64,000 nucleotides of DNA from Eubacteriales bacterium (GCA_045533505.1 JAZSHY010000010.1:11952-75951), one strand, 5' to 3'; shown: positions 29,149-41,488, numbered from the stretch's first letter. Notes: generated by a model from the letters alone, not told the origin. Made by a program: numbers and translations.

Positions 29149-29643
29149 TTAACGAATGGCACCTTTCTGAATGGATGCGACAAGACCGCCGTTTTCAATA
29201 ATCTTCTGAATAAACAGGGGGAACGGCTTCGTCGGGAATACAACACCGGTGGTGAGGTTGCGAATCACGCCCGCGTCCATATCGCATTCCACACTGTCAC
29301 CGTCGGAAATACCGGCTACCGCCTCGGGGCATTCCACAATGGCAAGCCCGATGTTGATGGCGTTGCGGTAAAAAATGCGGGCAAAGCTGTTGGCAATGAC
29401 AACCGATATGCCGCTTTCCTTAATGGCAATCGGGGCATGCTCACGCGAGGAGCCGCAGCCAAAGTTGTCACCTGCCACCATAATATCACCGCACGAAACC
29501 TTAGAGGTGAAATCACGGTCAATATCCTCCATGCAATGCGAGGCAAGCTCGCGCTTGTCACTGGTATTGAGGTAACGGGCGGGAATAATCACATCGGTGT
29601 CTACATTATCACCGTATTTCAATACCTTACCTGAAAAAATCAT
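29149..29643 (-). CDS. leuD: 3-isopropylmalate dehydratase small subunit
   Basis: [13 protein letters not shown] and [11 protein letters not shown]. Confidence 0.97.
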   Translation of the reverse strand: MIFSGKVLKYGDNVDTDVIIPARYLNTSDKRELASHCMEDIDRDFTSKVSCGDIMVAGDNFGCGSSREHAPIAIKESGISVVIANSFARIFYRNAINIGLAIVECPEAVAGISDGDSVECDMDAGVIRNLTTGVVFPTKPFPLFIQKIIENGGLVASIQKGAIR

Positions 29644-29655
29644 GCTGTTTCCTCC

Positions 29656-30924
29656 TTATTCTGCGGCAACAAGCCGTGGGTCGGCAAGCTTCCCTGCAAT
29701 GGCACTGGCGGCAGCCACAGCGGGAGAGGCAAGATACACCTCGGAGCTCACATCGCCCATGCGCCCGACGAAATTGCGGTTGGTGGTGGCTACTGCGCGC
29801 TCACCTGCGGCGAGAATGCCCATATGTCCGCCAAGGCAGGGGCCGCAGGTCGGTGTGGATACTACACAGCCCGCCTCAATGAAGATGCGCAGAAGCCCGT
29901 CCTCCATCGCACGGAGGTAGATGTCCTGCGTGGCGGGAATCACGATGGCGCGCACGTGAGAGGCAATCCTCCTTCCGCGGAGAATTTCCGCCGCCTCCGC
30001 AAGGTCCTTATAGTGACCGTTGGTGCAGGAGCCTATTACCACCTGGTCGATACGGATATCGCCTATCTCGTCGAAGGTTTTCGTGTTTTCGGGCAGATGG
30101 GGGAAGGCTACGGTGGGAGTAATCTCGGAGAGGTCGATTTCATAGGTCTTCTCGTATTCGGCATCCTCATCGGCTGAATAGACGGTGTAAGGACGCGAAA
30201 GCCGCCCCTCAAGGTATTCACGGGTAATATCGTCCACGGGGAAAATGCCATTTTTGGCTCCCGCCTCAATCGCCATATTGGAAATGGTAAGGCGGTCATA
30301 AATCGTGAGAGAGGCAACCCCCTCGCCGACAAATTCCATCGACTTATAAAGGGCGCCGTCCACACCTATCATACCGATGATGTGAAGGATTACGTCCTTA
30401 CCCGATACATATTTCCGAAGCTTACCCTTGAGGACGAAGCGAATCGCCTCGGGCACACGGAACCATGCCTTGCCCGTTGCCATGCCGCACGCCATATCGG
30501 TAGAGCCTACCCCAGTCGAAAAGGCACCGAGAGCACCGTACGTGCAGGTATGCGAGTCGGCACCGATGACAACGTCTCCCGGGGCAACCAGCCCCTTTTC
30601 GGGAAGGAGGGCATGCTCTATGCCCATGCGCCCGACGTCGTAAAAATGCGTTACCTCATGCTTTTCGCAGAAGGCGCGGCACATGGCGCACTGGGTGGCA
30701 GCCTTGATATCCTTGTTCGGTGCGAAATGGTCCATTACCATTGTGACCTTATCCTTATCATAAACGCCGGGGGCACCGATACGCTCGAATTCCTTTATGG
30801 CTACGGGCGAGGTGATATCATTCCCCAGAACGCGGTCAAGCTCCACAAGAACCAGCTGCCCTGCCTCCAGGGTGCGAAGGCCTGCGTGGGCTGCCAGGAT
30901 TTTTTGTGTCATTGTCATTCCCAT
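29656..30924 (-). CDS. leuC: 3-isopropylmalate dehydratase large subunit
   Basis: [10 protein letters not shown] start, [14 protein letters not shown] and CGPCLGG. Confidence 0.97.
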   Translation of the reverse strand: MGMTMTQKILAAHAGLRTLEAGQLVLVELDRVLGNDITSPVAIKEFERIGAPGVYDKDKVTMVMDHFAPNKDIKAATQCAMCRAFCEKHEVTHFYDVGRMGIEHALLPEKGLVAPGDVVIGADSHTCTYGALGAFSTGVGSTDMACGMATGKAWFRVPEAIRFVLKGKLRKYVSGKDVILHIIGMIGVDGALYKSMEFVGEGVASLTIYDRLTISNMAIEAGAKNGIFPVDDITREYLEGRLSRPYTVYSADEDAEYEKTYEIDLSEITPTVAFPHLPENTKTFDEIGDIRIDQVVIGSCTNGHYKDLAEAAEILRGRRIASHVRAIVIPATQDIYLRAMEDGLLRIFIEAGCVVSTPTCGPCLGGHMGILAAGERAVATTNRNFVGRMGDVSSEVYLASPAVAAASAIAGKLADPRLVAAE

Positions 30925-30934
30925 AGTGTTCTCC

Positions 30935-32602
30935 TCATATGTCCTTACGGTTGATGATGGCACCGCGGTCTGCCGAGCTGACGGCGGCGGCATAGCGGCG
31001 GAGGTATCCGTCAACCTCCTTGCGCTTGATTGGCATTTCCGCCCGGCGCGCCGCAAGCTCCTCCTCGGAGACACACAGCCGAATCCTGTAATGCGGAATG
31101 TCAATCGAAATGATGTCGCCGTCCTTCACGTACGCAATGGTACCGCCCGACACGGCCTCGGGCGAAACGTGCCCGATGGAGGCACCGCGCGTGGCGCCCG
31201 AAAAACGTCCGTCGGTAATGAGGGCGACCTCCTTGTCAAGCCCCATACCCGCAATGGCAGAGGTGGGGGACAGCATTTCGCGCATACCGGGGCCGCCTGC
31301 GGGGCCCTCGTAGCGGATGACCACCACATCTCCGCTCTTTATCTTACCGCCGTAAATGGCGGCGATGCATTCCTCCTCGCTTTCAAACACTCTGGCAGGG
31401 CCGCTGTGCACCAGCATTTCCGGGGCAACTGCCGCGCGCTTTACCACACAGCCGTCGGGAGCGAGATTGCCGCGCAGAACCGCGATTCCGCCCGTTTTGC
31501 CAAAAGGGTTGTCGGGCGTGCGGATGACCTCAGTGTCAAGGTTTCTCACGCCTGCGATGTTCTCGCCGAGGCTCTTCCCTGTTACAGTCATAACCGAGGT
31601 GTCAAGGAGCCCGAGCTTCTGAAGCTCGGCAAGCACGGCGTAGACTCCGCCCGCCTCGTTGAGGTCCTCCATATAGGTGGGGCCTGCCGGAGCAAGGTGG
31701 CAGAGGTTGGGTGTTCTTTCGCTGATGGCGTTGACCTCATCGAGGTCAAACGGAACATCGCATTCATTGGCAATCGCGGGAAGATGAAGCATGCTGTTGG
31801 TGGAGCAGCCAAGCGCCATGTCAGCGGTAATGGCGTTGCGAATAGCCGCAGCCGTCATAATGTCACGCGGACGGATATTCTGCCTGACGAGCTCCATAAT
31901 CTGCATACCGGCATGCTTGGCGAGCTCAATTCTCGCCGAATACACGGCAGGAATCGTGCCGTTGCCGCGAAGCCCCATACCAAGAACCTCGGTAAGACAG
32001 TTCATGGAATTGGCAGTATACATGCCCGAGCAGGAGCCGCAGGTGGGGCACACCTTGCATTCAAATTCACGGAGCCCCTCCTCATCAAGCTTCCCCGCGG
32101 AATAGGCCCCAACCGCCTCAAACATGCTGGAAAGCGAGCGCTTCTTCCCCCCCACGCGACCTGCCAGCATCGGACCGCCGCTGACAAAAATGGTGGGGAT
32201 ATTGAGGCGAGCCGCCGCCATAAGAAGCCCGGGCACATTTTTGTCGCAGTTGGGAATCATCACAAGGCCGTCAAAGCCGTGCGCCCTGACCATCGCCTCG
32301 GTGGAGTCGGCAATCAAATCCCGCGTAACAAGCGAATATTTCATTCCCGAATGCCCCATGGCAATCCCGTCGCAAACCGTGATGGCGGGGAACATAATCG
32401 GAGTGCCGCCCGCCATTGCCACGCCGAGCTTCACAGCATCGGTAATCTTGTCCAGATTCATGTGACCGGGGACAATTTCGTTATAGGAGCTGACAATTCC
32501 GATAAGGGGACGGCTCTGCTCCTCTGCCGTAAGACCGAGCGCGTGGTAGAGCGAACGGTGCGGCGCATTCTGAAAGCCGTCTACAATAGTATCCTTTATC
32601 AT
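30935..32602 (-). CDS. ilvD: Dihydroxy-acid dehydratase
   Basis: [16 protein letters not shown] and ITDGRFSG. Confidence 0.98.
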   Translation of the reverse strand: MIKDTIVDGFQNAPHRSLYHALGLTAEEQSRPLIGIVSSYNEIVPGHMNLDKITDAVKLGVAMAGGTPIMFPAITVCDGIAMGHSGMKYSLVTRDLIADSTEAMVRAHGFDGLVMIPNCDKNVPGLLMAAARLNIPTIFVSGGPMLAGRVGGKKRSLSSMFEAVGAYSAGKLDEEGLREFECKVCPTCGSCSGMYTANSMNCLTEVLGMGLRGNGTIPAVYSARIELAKHAGMQIMELVRQNIRPRDIMTAAAIRNAITADMALGCSTNSMLHLPAIANECDVPFDLDEVNAISERTPNLCHLAPAGPTYMEDLNEAGGVYAVLAELQKLGLLDTSVMTVTGKSLGENIAGVRNLDTEVIRTPDNPFGKTGGIAVLRGNLAPDGCVVKRAAVAPEMLVHSGPARVFESEEECIAAIYGGKIKSGDVVVIRYEGPAGGPGMREMLSPTSAIAGMGLDKEVALITDGRFSGATRGASIGHVSPEAVSGGTIAYVKDGDIISIDIPHYRIRLCVSEEELAARRAEMPIKRKEVDGYLRRYAAAVSSADRGAIINRKDI

Positions 32603-32664
32603 ACTTCCTCCAAGCAGGAAGGCGGGGCCCTCCTAAAAGGAGGGCTACCCGCAATCCGTCATTC

Positions 32665-33720
<1,056 letters not shown>

Positions 33721-34227
33721 TTATTTTTCGAAAAGAGTCGAAGCTCCGCGCTCAAGCGCCACAATTCCCGTGCGGCACATTTCAAGAATACCGAAGGGCT
33801 GCATGAGGGACACAAAGGCATCGATTTTTGTGGGGTCGCCCGTTACCTCAATGCACATCTCGCCCACCGAATAGTCGATAACCTTGGCACGGAAGACGTC
33901 AACGGCTGTCATAATGTCGCTCCGCTTCTCGCCCTCGTTCTTTACCTTAATCAGCATAAGCTCACGCTTGATGGCATCGCTTTGCAGCACCTCGACCTTT
34001 TTCACGTGGATTTGCTTTTTGAGCTGGTTGATCAGCTGCTCCTTGGCATATCCGTCTCCGCTCATGGAAATGGTAATGCGGGAATAGTCGGGGATTTCGG
34101 TCTCCCCTACCGTCAGCGCATCGATGTTGAAGCCGCGACGGGTGAACATGCTGGTAACACGGGTGAGAACGCCCGGCTTGTTGTCCACATATACGGCAAT
34201 CACAAAGTTGGTCGTATCGTTCAGCAT
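33721..34227 (-). CDS. ilvN: Acetolactate synthase small subunit
   Basis: NKPGVLTRV...RRGFNI ACT domain; RELMLIKV. Confidence 0.97.
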   Translation of the reverse strand: MLNDTTNFVIAVYVDNKPGVLTRVTSMFTRRGFNIDALTVGETEIPDYSRITISMSGDGYAKEQLINQLKKQIHVKKVEVLQSDAIKRELMLIKVKNEGEKRSDIMTAVDVFRAKVIDYSVGEMCIEVTGDPTKIDAFVSLMQPFGILEMCRTGIVALERGASTLFEK

Positions 34228-34239
34228 ATCGGCACCTCC

Positions 34240-35919
34240 TTATTTCACACGGGTGATGATGTCGTCAATCGAGCCGCCCGGAGGAAGCATGGGAAGAACA
34301 AACTCATCGCGGTCAATGCGCGTGTCAATGACCGTGGGGCCATCGGCACGGATAGCGGCGGCAAAGGCCGCCTCGAACTGCTCGGGCGTTTCGGCGAGGG
34401 CGCCGTAGGCACCGAAGGCCTCCGCCAGCTTCACATAGTCTGTCTTGCGTCCGAGAACGGTGTTTGAATACCGAGCCCCGTAAAAGAGTGTTTGCCACTG
34501 GCGCACCATACCGAGAACACCGTTGTTCATAAGAACAATCACAATCGGAAGACGGTAGCTGACGGCGGTGGCCAATTCGTTAAGGTTCATACCGAAGCTT
34601 CCGTCACCCGTCACCAAAACGGTGGTATCCCCCGAGGCCACACGGGCACCGATGGCGGCACCGAGGCCAAAGCCCATCGTGCCGAGACCGCCACTGGAAA
34701 CAAAGCGGCGTGTGCTGTCAAAGCTCGCATACTGAGCCGCCCACATCTGGTGCTGACCGACATCGGTGGCAATTACGGTACGGGGAGGCTTCAGGCGGTT
34801 GATAACCGAGAAAACCTCACGGGGGGTAAGCGAGGCGGTCTGCTGCGCGGCAATCGCGCTTTCATTTTCGGCCTCCTCAGCGCGGAGAACGGCAATTCTC
34901 TCCATCCATTCGGGATTTTTGAGGGCACGGCAGCCTGCTATAATCCTCTTGAAGGAGTCCTCCACATCACCGACAAGGCCAAGCGCAACACGCACATTCT
35001 TATTCACCTCGGCAAAATCGGGGTCAAGCTGAATGATGCGGCTGTTTTTGGCAAAGCGCGCAACGTTCCCCGTAGCACGGTCCGAGAAGCGGACGCCAAC
35101 CGCCAGAATGACATCGGCCTCGTCCATCGCCATAGAGGAGGCGTAATGGCCGTGCATTCCCTGCATACCGAGGAAGCGCTCATGCCCATCCGGCACGGCA
35201 GAAAGCCCCATAAAGGAGCAGCCGACAACGGCGTCAAGCTTTTCTGCCGCCGCCATAATTTCCTCACCCATACGAAGGCCCGCGGCACCGCCACCGATAT
35301 AGAGGTATGGGCGCTTGGCCTCGGAAAGGAGAGAAATGGCTTCAAGGATGCCCTCCTCCGCCACCTTCGGCAGGGGAATGCGAGGAGCCGTCGGCTTTGG
35401 CTCATAGTCGCAAAGCGCTGTCTGCACATCGGTGGGGATATCTACAAGAACCGGCCCGGGCCGCCCCGATTTGGCAATCGAGAAGGCCTCGCGCACGGTG
35501 TCGGCCAAATCCTCAACCTTATGGACAAAGTAATTGTGCTTGGTAATCGGCAGAGTCACACCCGTAATGTCAATCTCCTGGAAGCTGTCCTTGCCGATAA
35601 GCGAGCAACGGACGTTGCCTGTGATGGCCACCATCGGAACAGAATCCAGCATTGCCGTGGCGATGCCCGTAACAAGGTTGGTGGCACCCGGCCCGCTTGT
35701 GGCGAGGCACACTCCCACCTTGCCCGTAGCACGGGAATATCCGTCTGCCGCGTGAGCAGCCCCCTGCTCATGGGCGGTGAGATAGTGGTGGATTTTATCG
35801 CTGTATTGATAAAGTGCGTCATAAATCTTGAGAACCTGACCTCCCGGATATCCGAAGATATCGGTAACGCCCTGCTCTATCAGGGTATTGACGAGTATTT
35901 CGGCACCTGTAAGCTTCAT
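34240..35919 (-). CDS. ilvB: Acetolactate synthase large subunit
   Basis: HEQGAAHAADGY, TSGPGATN and GDGSFGMN. Confidence 0.98.
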   Translation of the reverse strand: MKLTGAEILVNTLIEQGVTDIFGYPGGQVLKIYDALYQYSDKIHHYLTAHEQGAAHAADGYSRATGKVGVCLATSGPGATNLVTGIATAMLDSVPMVAITGNVRCSLIGKDSFQEIDITGVTLPITKHNYFVHKVEDLADTVREAFSIAKSGRPGPVLVDIPTDVQTALCDYEPKPTAPRIPLPKVAEEGILEAISLLSEAKRPYLYIGGGAAGLRMGEEIMAAAEKLDAVVGCSFMGLSAVPDGHERFLGMQGMHGHYASSMAMDEADVILAVGVRFSDRATGNVARFAKNSRIIQLDPDFAEVNKNVRVALGLVGDVEDSFKRIIAGCRALKNPEWMERIAVLRAEEAENESAIAAQQTASLTPREVFSVINRLKPPRTVIATDVGQHQMWAAQYASFDSTRRFVSSGGLGTMGFGLGAAIGARVASGDTTVLVTGDGSFGMNLNELATAVSYRLPIVIVLMNNGVLGMVRQWQTLFYGARYSNTVLGRKTDYVKLAEAFGAYGALAETPEQFEAAFAAAIRADGPTVIDTRIDRDEFVLPMLPPGGSIDDIITRVK

Positions 35920-37601
35920 GCTGTGCCCTCCTTGTGTTTTGCGGTAAGCATTTTGTTAACAGCCGACACAAGCGCGTGAATCGAGGACCTCATAATATCG
36001 GTATGGATACCCGTGCCCCAATAGGTTGTGCCGTCTTCGGTAATGGAAACATAGGAGGCCGCCTTTGAGGAGGAATGCTCCTCAAGCGCGTGCTCCACAT
36101 AGCTGTCAAGCGTGTAAGAAGCCCCGGTTACCTCCCTGATTGCCTGGGATACGCAGTCAAGACGGCCACTTCCCTCCACATGAACGGTGGAGGTCTTGCC
36201 GAAATAGGAAACCGTCACAAGCCCATGCACGCGCTCCTCCGCCGCATTGGTATAGGTGGCATCGACCACATCAAGAGGCGTCGCGAGATTTACAAAGTCA
36301 CGGATGAAAATGTCATGCACCTCGCTCGGCGAGAGCTCCCTGTGCTCATGGTCGGAAATGCTCTTGACATGGTAGCCGAAGACCTCGCGCATTTTGGGCG
36401 GAAGAGTGAAATGGAACTGGGTTTCAAGAATATACCCGATGCCGCCCTTGCCCGATTGGGAATTGATGCGAATGACGTCGGCCTCATAGGTACGCCCGAC
36501 GTCCGAGGGGTCAATGGGGAGGTAGGGCACCGTCCATGTGGCACTCCCCTTCTCCACGCGGTATTTCATTCCCTTGGCAATAGCATCCTGATGCGAGCCG
36601 GAGAAGGCGGCAAATACGAGCTTGCCGCTATACGGCTGGCGCTCGTAAACCGACATACGCGTTACCTTCTCATACACCTCGGTGATGGCGGGAAGATTGG
36701 AAAAATCAAGACGGGGGTCAATCCCCTGAGAATACATATTGAGAGCGAGCGTGATGATATCCACGTTCCCCGTGCGCTCACCGTTGCCGAAGAGGGTGCC
36801 TTCCACGCGGTCTCCACCTGCCAGAAGGCCCATCTCGCTGTCGGCCACCGCACAGCCGCGGTCATTGTGAGGATGAAGCGAAACGATGACGTTTTCGCGG
36901 TCACGGAGATGCTTGCACATATACTCAACCTGATTGGCATAGACGTGAGGCATGGAGTGCGAGACCGTAACGGGGAGATTGATGATGACCTTATCCTCGG
37001 GCGTGGGCTTCCAGATAGCAAGCACCTCATTGCAGATTTCGGCAGCAAACTCGGGCTCGGTCCCCGTGAAGCTTTCGGGAGAATATTCAAATGTGATTTT
37101 CCCGTTTTCCTTGGCGCGGTAGGTCTTGCAGAGCTCGGCGCCGAATTTGGCAATCTCCACAATCTCCTCGCGGCTCTTGCGGAAGACCTGCTCGCGCTGA
37201 GCCACCGAGGTGGAATTGTAAAGATGAACAATCGCGTGGTGCGCGCCGCGTATCGCCTCAAAGGTTTTTGCGATGATGTGCTCACGCGATTGCGTCAGCA
37301 CCTGTATGGTAACATCCTCGGGAATGAGATTGTCCTCAATAAGCTTACGGCAAAATTCGTATTCGGTCTCGCTTGCGGCGGGAAAACCGATTTCGATTTC
37401 CTTAAAGCCGATATCGACAAGCAGACGGAAGAATTCCAGCTTTTCCTCTAACGACATAGGCACAATAAGAGCCTGGTTACCGTCACGAAGGTCTACGCTG
37501 CAAAAAACGGGCGGCGTATCGATGGCCGACTTTTTCACCCAATCCATCGTTACCCCCTGCGGCTCAAAATATTGCTTTACATACTTTTCTGTGTGCTTCA
37601 T
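35916..37601 (-). CDS. leuA: 2-isopropylmalate synthase (yeast/actinobacterial type)
   Basis: SVDLRDGNQAL, HPHNDRG and GNGERTGN. True start ATG 37601; the longer ORF runs through the T-box. Confidence 0.96.
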   Translation of the reverse strand: MKHTEKYVKQYFEPQGVTMDWVKKSAIDTPPVFCSVDLRDGNQALIVPMSLEEKLEFFRLLVDIGFKEIEIGFPAASETEYEFCRKLIEDNLIPEDVTIQVLTQSREHIIAKTFEAIRGAHHAIVHLYNSTSVAQREQVFRKSREEIVEIAKFGAELCKTYRAKENGKITFEYSPESFTGTEPEFAAEICNEVLAIWKPTPEDKVIINLPVTVSHSMPHVYANQVEYMCKHLRDRENVIVSLHPHNDRGCAVADSEMGLLAGGDRVEGTLFGNGERTGNVDIITLALNMYSQGIDPRLDFSNLPAITEVYEKVTRMSVYERQPYSGKLVFAAFSGSHQDAIAKGMKYRVEKGSATWTVPYLPIDPSDVGRTYEADVIRINSQSGKGGIGYILETQFHFTLPPKMREVFGYHVKSISDHEHRELSPSEVHDIFIRDFVNLATPLDVVDATYTNAAEERVHGLVTVSYFGKTSTVHVEGSGRLDCVSQAIREVTGASYTLDSYVEHALEEHSSSKAASYVSITEDGTTYWGTGIHTDIMRSSIHALVSAVNKMLTAKHKEGTA

Positions 37602-37626
37602 AGCTTCCCTTTCCTTCTGCCTTGAT

Positions 37627-37886
37627 AAAAAAATCTCCTTTGCACGGTACAAAGCGCCGTGCAAAAGAGACGAAGATTCCTCCGCGGTACCACTCTTTTT
37701 GGCGAGCAATCGCCCTCTCATGCTCCCGAGGGGAGCTTCTCTGTCACGGGAGAACCCGCTCGGCTCTACGGGCCTTTTGCCTTTCTGCCGAGGGCTCGGG
37801 GGTGAGCTATCGCCCGGCATCCATCGGCTCGCACCAACCGCCGATTCTCTTGCTTTGGACCACCCGGAATTTTCCCCTTCATCGCC
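37627..37886 (-). ncRNA. T-box riboswitch, Leu (CUC) specifier
   Basis: Stem I with AGAGAA and GGTGCGA boxes, specifier CTC (37806-37804), T-box AAAGAGTGGTACCGCG, antiterminator partner CGTCTCTT, and terminator TCTCTTTTGCACGG...CCGTGCAAAGGAGA-T7. Confidence 0.93.
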
Positions 37887-38041
37887 TTGTAAAAGCCATC
37901 GAAAACAACTGAAAAACACTTGAGATTTCAAGTTCTTTTCAAGAGTCAACATACAACTGATACTATATTATAATAATAAATTATGTTTGTCAATAGAAAT
38001 TTTCGTTTTTTTGCGGAATTTTGCAAAATTCCGAGAAAAAA

Positions 38042-39103
38042 TCAAAGAGGAAGAACCCAACCAAAGGGATCGGGCGTTTTTCCCCACTGAATTCCCGTCA
38101 GCATATCGTAAAGCCTTCCCGTAACCTCTCCGATGCCGCCGTTGCCTATGATATACTCACGGTCCCCGTAGGCAAGACGCCCGATGGGAGAAACCACAGC
38201 CGCCGTGCCGCAGCCCCATGCCTCAATCAGGCTCCCGTCCTCAAGCGCCCGTAAAAGCTCGTCCACCGAAAGCAGGCGCTCGCTGACGCGGTACCCCTCG
38301 GCACGCAGTGCCTCGATACAGCTCATACGGGTAATCCCGGGAAGGATAGAGCCTGTAAGAAGCGGTGTCACGATTTCGTCTCCTATGCGAAACATGACAT
38401 TCATTGCCCCGACCTCTTCGATATACCGTCTTTCAACACCGTCAAGCCACAGCACCTGGGAGTATCCGCGGGCGGCTGCACGCTCACCCGCACGGGTGGA
38501 GGCAGCATAGTTGCCGCCGCACTTGGCATAACCCGTGCCGCCACGCACGGTACGGACGTCCTCGGATTCTATCATAATGCTGACAGGGTTGATGCCCTCG
38601 GCGTAATAGCTACCCGAGGGAGAGGCAATCAGCATAAAGGTGGCGCGCTTTACGGCATGGACGCCAAGGTGCTCATCATTCCCGAAAAGGAAGGGACGGA
38701 GATACAGCGAGGTGCCGAAGGTATGGGGCACCCACCTCTCCTCAAGGCGCACAAAGGTTGTGAGAATTTCAAGGAAATCGTCCTCGTCGATTTCCGGCAG
38801 ACACATTCTTTCCGCCGAGCGATTCATACGGCGAATGTTCTCCATGGGGCGGAAGAGCTGCACACCGCCGTCGGCACGGCGATACGCCTTCAGCCCCTCA
38901 AAGATTTCGGCACCGTAATGCAGGACAGTGGAGGCAGGGTGCAGGGCTATGGGTGCGAAGGGCACGATACGGGCATCGTGCCACCCACGCTCGGCATCCC
39001 AATCCATCATCACCATATGGTCGGTAAAAACACGGCCAAAGCCGAGCTTGTCCTCAGGAACAAGCGCCGCCGGATTTTTTTGAAGAGTCACTGTAAGCTT
39101 CAT
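38042..39103 (-). CDS. ilvE: Branched-chain amino acid aminotransferase
   Basis: LGFGRVFTDHM, FEGLKAY, AKCGGNY and ILPGITR; GGAGGA RBS. Confidence 0.97.
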   Translation of the reverse strand: MKLTVTLQKNPAALVPEDKLGFGRVFTDHMVMMDWDAERGWHDARIVPFAPIALHPASTVLHYGAEIFEGLKAYRRADGGVQLFRPMENIRRMNRSAERMCLPEIDEDDFLEILTTFVRLEERWVPHTFGTSLYLRPFLFGNDEHLGVHAVKRATFMLIASPSGSYYAEGINPVSIMIESEDVRTVRGGTGYAKCGGNYAASTRAGERAAARGYSQVLWLDGVERRYIEEVGAMNVMFRIGDEIVTPLLTGSILPGITRMSCIEALRAEGYRVSERLLSVDELLRALEDGSLIEAWGCGTAAVVSPIGRLAYGDREYIIGNGGIGEVTGRLYDMLTGIQWGKTPDPFGWVLPL

Positions 39104-39256
39104 AGTATCCTCCATTGAAAATCCCCAACATTTTCGGTGTGTGAGGAAGCATATAAAAAATCGCATTTTATTATATCACTTTTTCCTCACCTCGTCAATA
39201 GAAAAACAAGAAAAAGAGCGCGAAAGCCATATAGGCCTCGTGCTCTTTTCGGGGTG

Positions 39257-40240
39257 TTAAAGAAGCGTGGAAAGCAGCTCCTCCCGTGAACGGGGAGAAA
39301 GGTATGCCGGCGGTATATCCAAAACCGTTCTGGCGCCTGAGGCGCCGTCAGCAGAAAGGCGGTAGGCCGCGCGGGCAAAGGCGACCAGAACAGACGAGGT
39401 GAATTCGGGATTGGAATCCAGCTTCAGACTGTATTCCACGATATGACGGTTCTCGTCCGATTGCCCCGTGCTGCCGGAGCAGATGACTCTGCCGCCGTGG
39501 GGGATACCCGCGTGATTGCGACGAAGCTCCTCGGCACTGACAAAGGTAACGGTGGTATCGTAGTCGGCAAAGTAATCGGGCATTGTCTTGATTTCCGCCT
39601 CGATGCGGGCAAGGTCAGCACCCTCCTCGGCCACCACATAGCATTCGCGCGTGTGCTTTTCTCGTGCGGTAAGGACGGGATTTGCCCCGCTTCGGACCGC
39701 CTCAAGCGCCGCCGGAACGGGAACGGTGTACTGGCGCGCATCCAAAACGCCGTCAAGGCGACGGATGGCATCCGAATGCCCCTGGCTTACCCCACGTCCC
39801 CAGAAGGTGTAGGCATTCCCGTCCGGCAAAATAGCCCCGCCATAGAGACGCGCAAGCGAAAACATGCCGGGATCCCAGCCTGCCGAAATAACCGCCACCT
39901 TCTCCGCAGAGCGTGCGGCACGGTCCACCCGCGCGAAGTGCTCCCGGATTTTGGCATGCGTATCAAAGCTATCGACCACGTGAAAAAGCGAAGCGAGCTC
40001 GGGCGTTTGCTCCGGCAGGTCGGTGCGGCTGCCCCCGCAGAGAATCATCACATCAATTCGGTCAACCATGTCAGCCGCACGATGGGCCGAAAAAACGGGC
40101 AACCCCGTCAAGGTTTCGAAGGAGGAGGGGTTTCGTCTTGTGAAGACACCAACGGCCTCCATGTCGGCAGCCTTGCGGAGCGCAAGCTCCACTCCGCGAC
40201 CAAGATTGCCGTACCCATAAATACCAACTCGAATTTTCAT
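39257..40240 (-). CDS. ddh: meso-diaminopimelate D-dehydrogenase
   Basis: GYGNLG, CGGSRTD, DSFDTH, GWDPG, SQGHSDA and HGG. Confidence 0.96.
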   Translation of the reverse strand: MKIRVGIYGYGNLGRGVELALRKAADMEAVGVFTRRNPSSFETLTGLPVFSAHRAADMVDRIDVMILCGGSRTDLPEQTPELASLFHVVDSFDTHAKIREHFARVDRAARSAEKVAVISAGWDPGMFSLARLYGGAILPDGNAYTFWGRGVSQGHSDAIRRLDGVLDARQYTVPVPAALEAVRSGANPVLTAREKHTRECYVVAEEGADLARIEAEIKTMPDYFADYDTTVTFVSAEELRRNHAGIPHGGRVICSGSTGQSDENRHIVEYSLKLDSNPEFTSSVLVAFARAAYRLSADGASGARTVLDIPPAYLSPRSREELLSTLL

Positions 40241-40503
40241 ACTCTTTTCCTCGGTAGTTTTTTTCGATTATATCATACATTTTGGTGTGTCGCAAGAGAT
40301 TTTTTAAAAAAAGAGTCGGTGCTCGGGCGTGTCAGACGAGGACGAGACCGTTGTTTCAAAAAAGGTGAAAATTCTTTTGTAATGTTTTGTTTACAATATA
40401 GATGTTGGCTTCGCAAAAATTCGCAAAAGTGCTTTATGTTTATAGAGGGGAAACCTGCGGCTTGAATAAAAAACGGCAAAATCCAAAAGAATTTTGCCGT
40501 TTT

Positions 40504-40580
40504 TGGCCTACCCGATAGGATTCGAACCTACGACCTCAAGAGTCGGAGTCTTGCGCGCTATCCAGCTGTGCCACGGGTAG
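40504..40580 (-). tRNA. tRNA-Arg(CCG)
   Basis: 77-nt cloverleaf: acceptor CTACCCG/CGGGTAG, anticodon arm CAAGA-CTCCGAC-TCTTG, T loop TTCGAAT, encoded CCA. Confidence 0.96.
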
Positions 40581-40648
40581 ATATGCGCCAAAGCACTAAG
40601 CTATTATAGCATACAAAAATTGAAAAGTAAACGGATTTTTCGGAATTT

Positions 40649-41488
40649 TCAAATTTTTTTATCCTCATCCAAATCGCCCTGCTCATAGGCCGCAAGGTTA
40701 CGGGCAATGGTTGGCCTGCCACGCCAGCCGAAGGCACGGGTAGCAAGCTCCTCCCTACTCATGGCAGCAAGCCTCTCGGAGGTAAGATAGGGAATTCTTT
40801 CCTCATAAAAGAAGGCAAGCGGAGTCTCGCCACCGTCCTCCAAGACACGGCGGTTATGGGGGCAGGCAGTCTGGCAAAGGTCGCACCCCCAAACGGTACG
40901 GTGCTTTCGCATAAGCTCTACGGTAGCAGGTGCAAGCTCTCCCTTCCTTTGAGTAAGCTCCGAGAGGCATTCGCCCTCCCCCGAAAGAGCACCGGTTGGG
41001 CAGGCGCGGCGGCAAGCGCCGCAGTGCTCGCAATAGGTGGGTGCGAATATTTTCGTGTCGACAGGGGCCTCCAGGTCGGAAAACACCTCGCCGATAAAAA
41101 CAAAGGAACCGTACCGCCTGTTGATCAAAAGACCGTTATCGCCGAGACAACCGAGCCCTGCCACAGAGGCTGCGTGGCGTTCATCTATCGGGGAATGGTC
41201 CGAAAAAGCGCGGAAGGAGGCGCCGGGATAGGCCGCCGACAAAGCCGAAGCAAGCCCCTCGCCAATCTCTCGCATAAGAATGTGATAGTCCCGACTGACC
41301 GCATAGAGAGAAAGATTACGGGAGGGGCCGGTGTAATAAGGAAGGAGGTACAAAAGAACGCTCTTCGGGGCAAGTGGGCCCTCTCGTTCAAGAAGAGAGG
41401 CATAGGTGACACAAAAAGCCTCCATCGGCAGAACAGCACATTCGGTTACCCCAATGCGGGAAAGAAACGGTGCGGCAACAGCTAACAT
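40649..41488 (-). CDS. Epoxyqueuosine reductase-like Fe-S protein
   Basis: SRDYH, ER..A..AGLG..G.NGL, CxxCxxCxxxCP and WGCDLCQTACPHN (QueG-type). Confidence 0.85.
   Translation of the reverse strand: MLAVAAPFLSRIGVTECAVLPMEAFCVTYASLLEREGPLAPKSVLLYLLPYYTGPSRNLSLYAVSRDYHILMREIGEGLASALSAAYPGASFRAFSDHSPIDERHAASVAGLGCLGDNGLLINRRYGSFVFIGEVFSDLEAPVDTKIFAPTYCEHCGACRRACPTGALSGEGECLSELTQRKGELAPATVELMRKHRTVWGCDLCQTACPHNRRVLEDGGETPLAFFYEERIPYLTSERLAAMSREELATRAFGWRGRPTIARNLAAYEQGDLDEDKKI

Noticed and set aside
37602-37952. 117-codon N-terminal extension of LeuA in the ORF track
   Set aside because: The region is the T-box leader; homology starts at ATG 37601.
40241-40503. tRNA 3' flank as a possible integration site
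   Set aside because: No integrase, no duplicated tRNA end; only a terminator-like hairpin and the ddh promoter.
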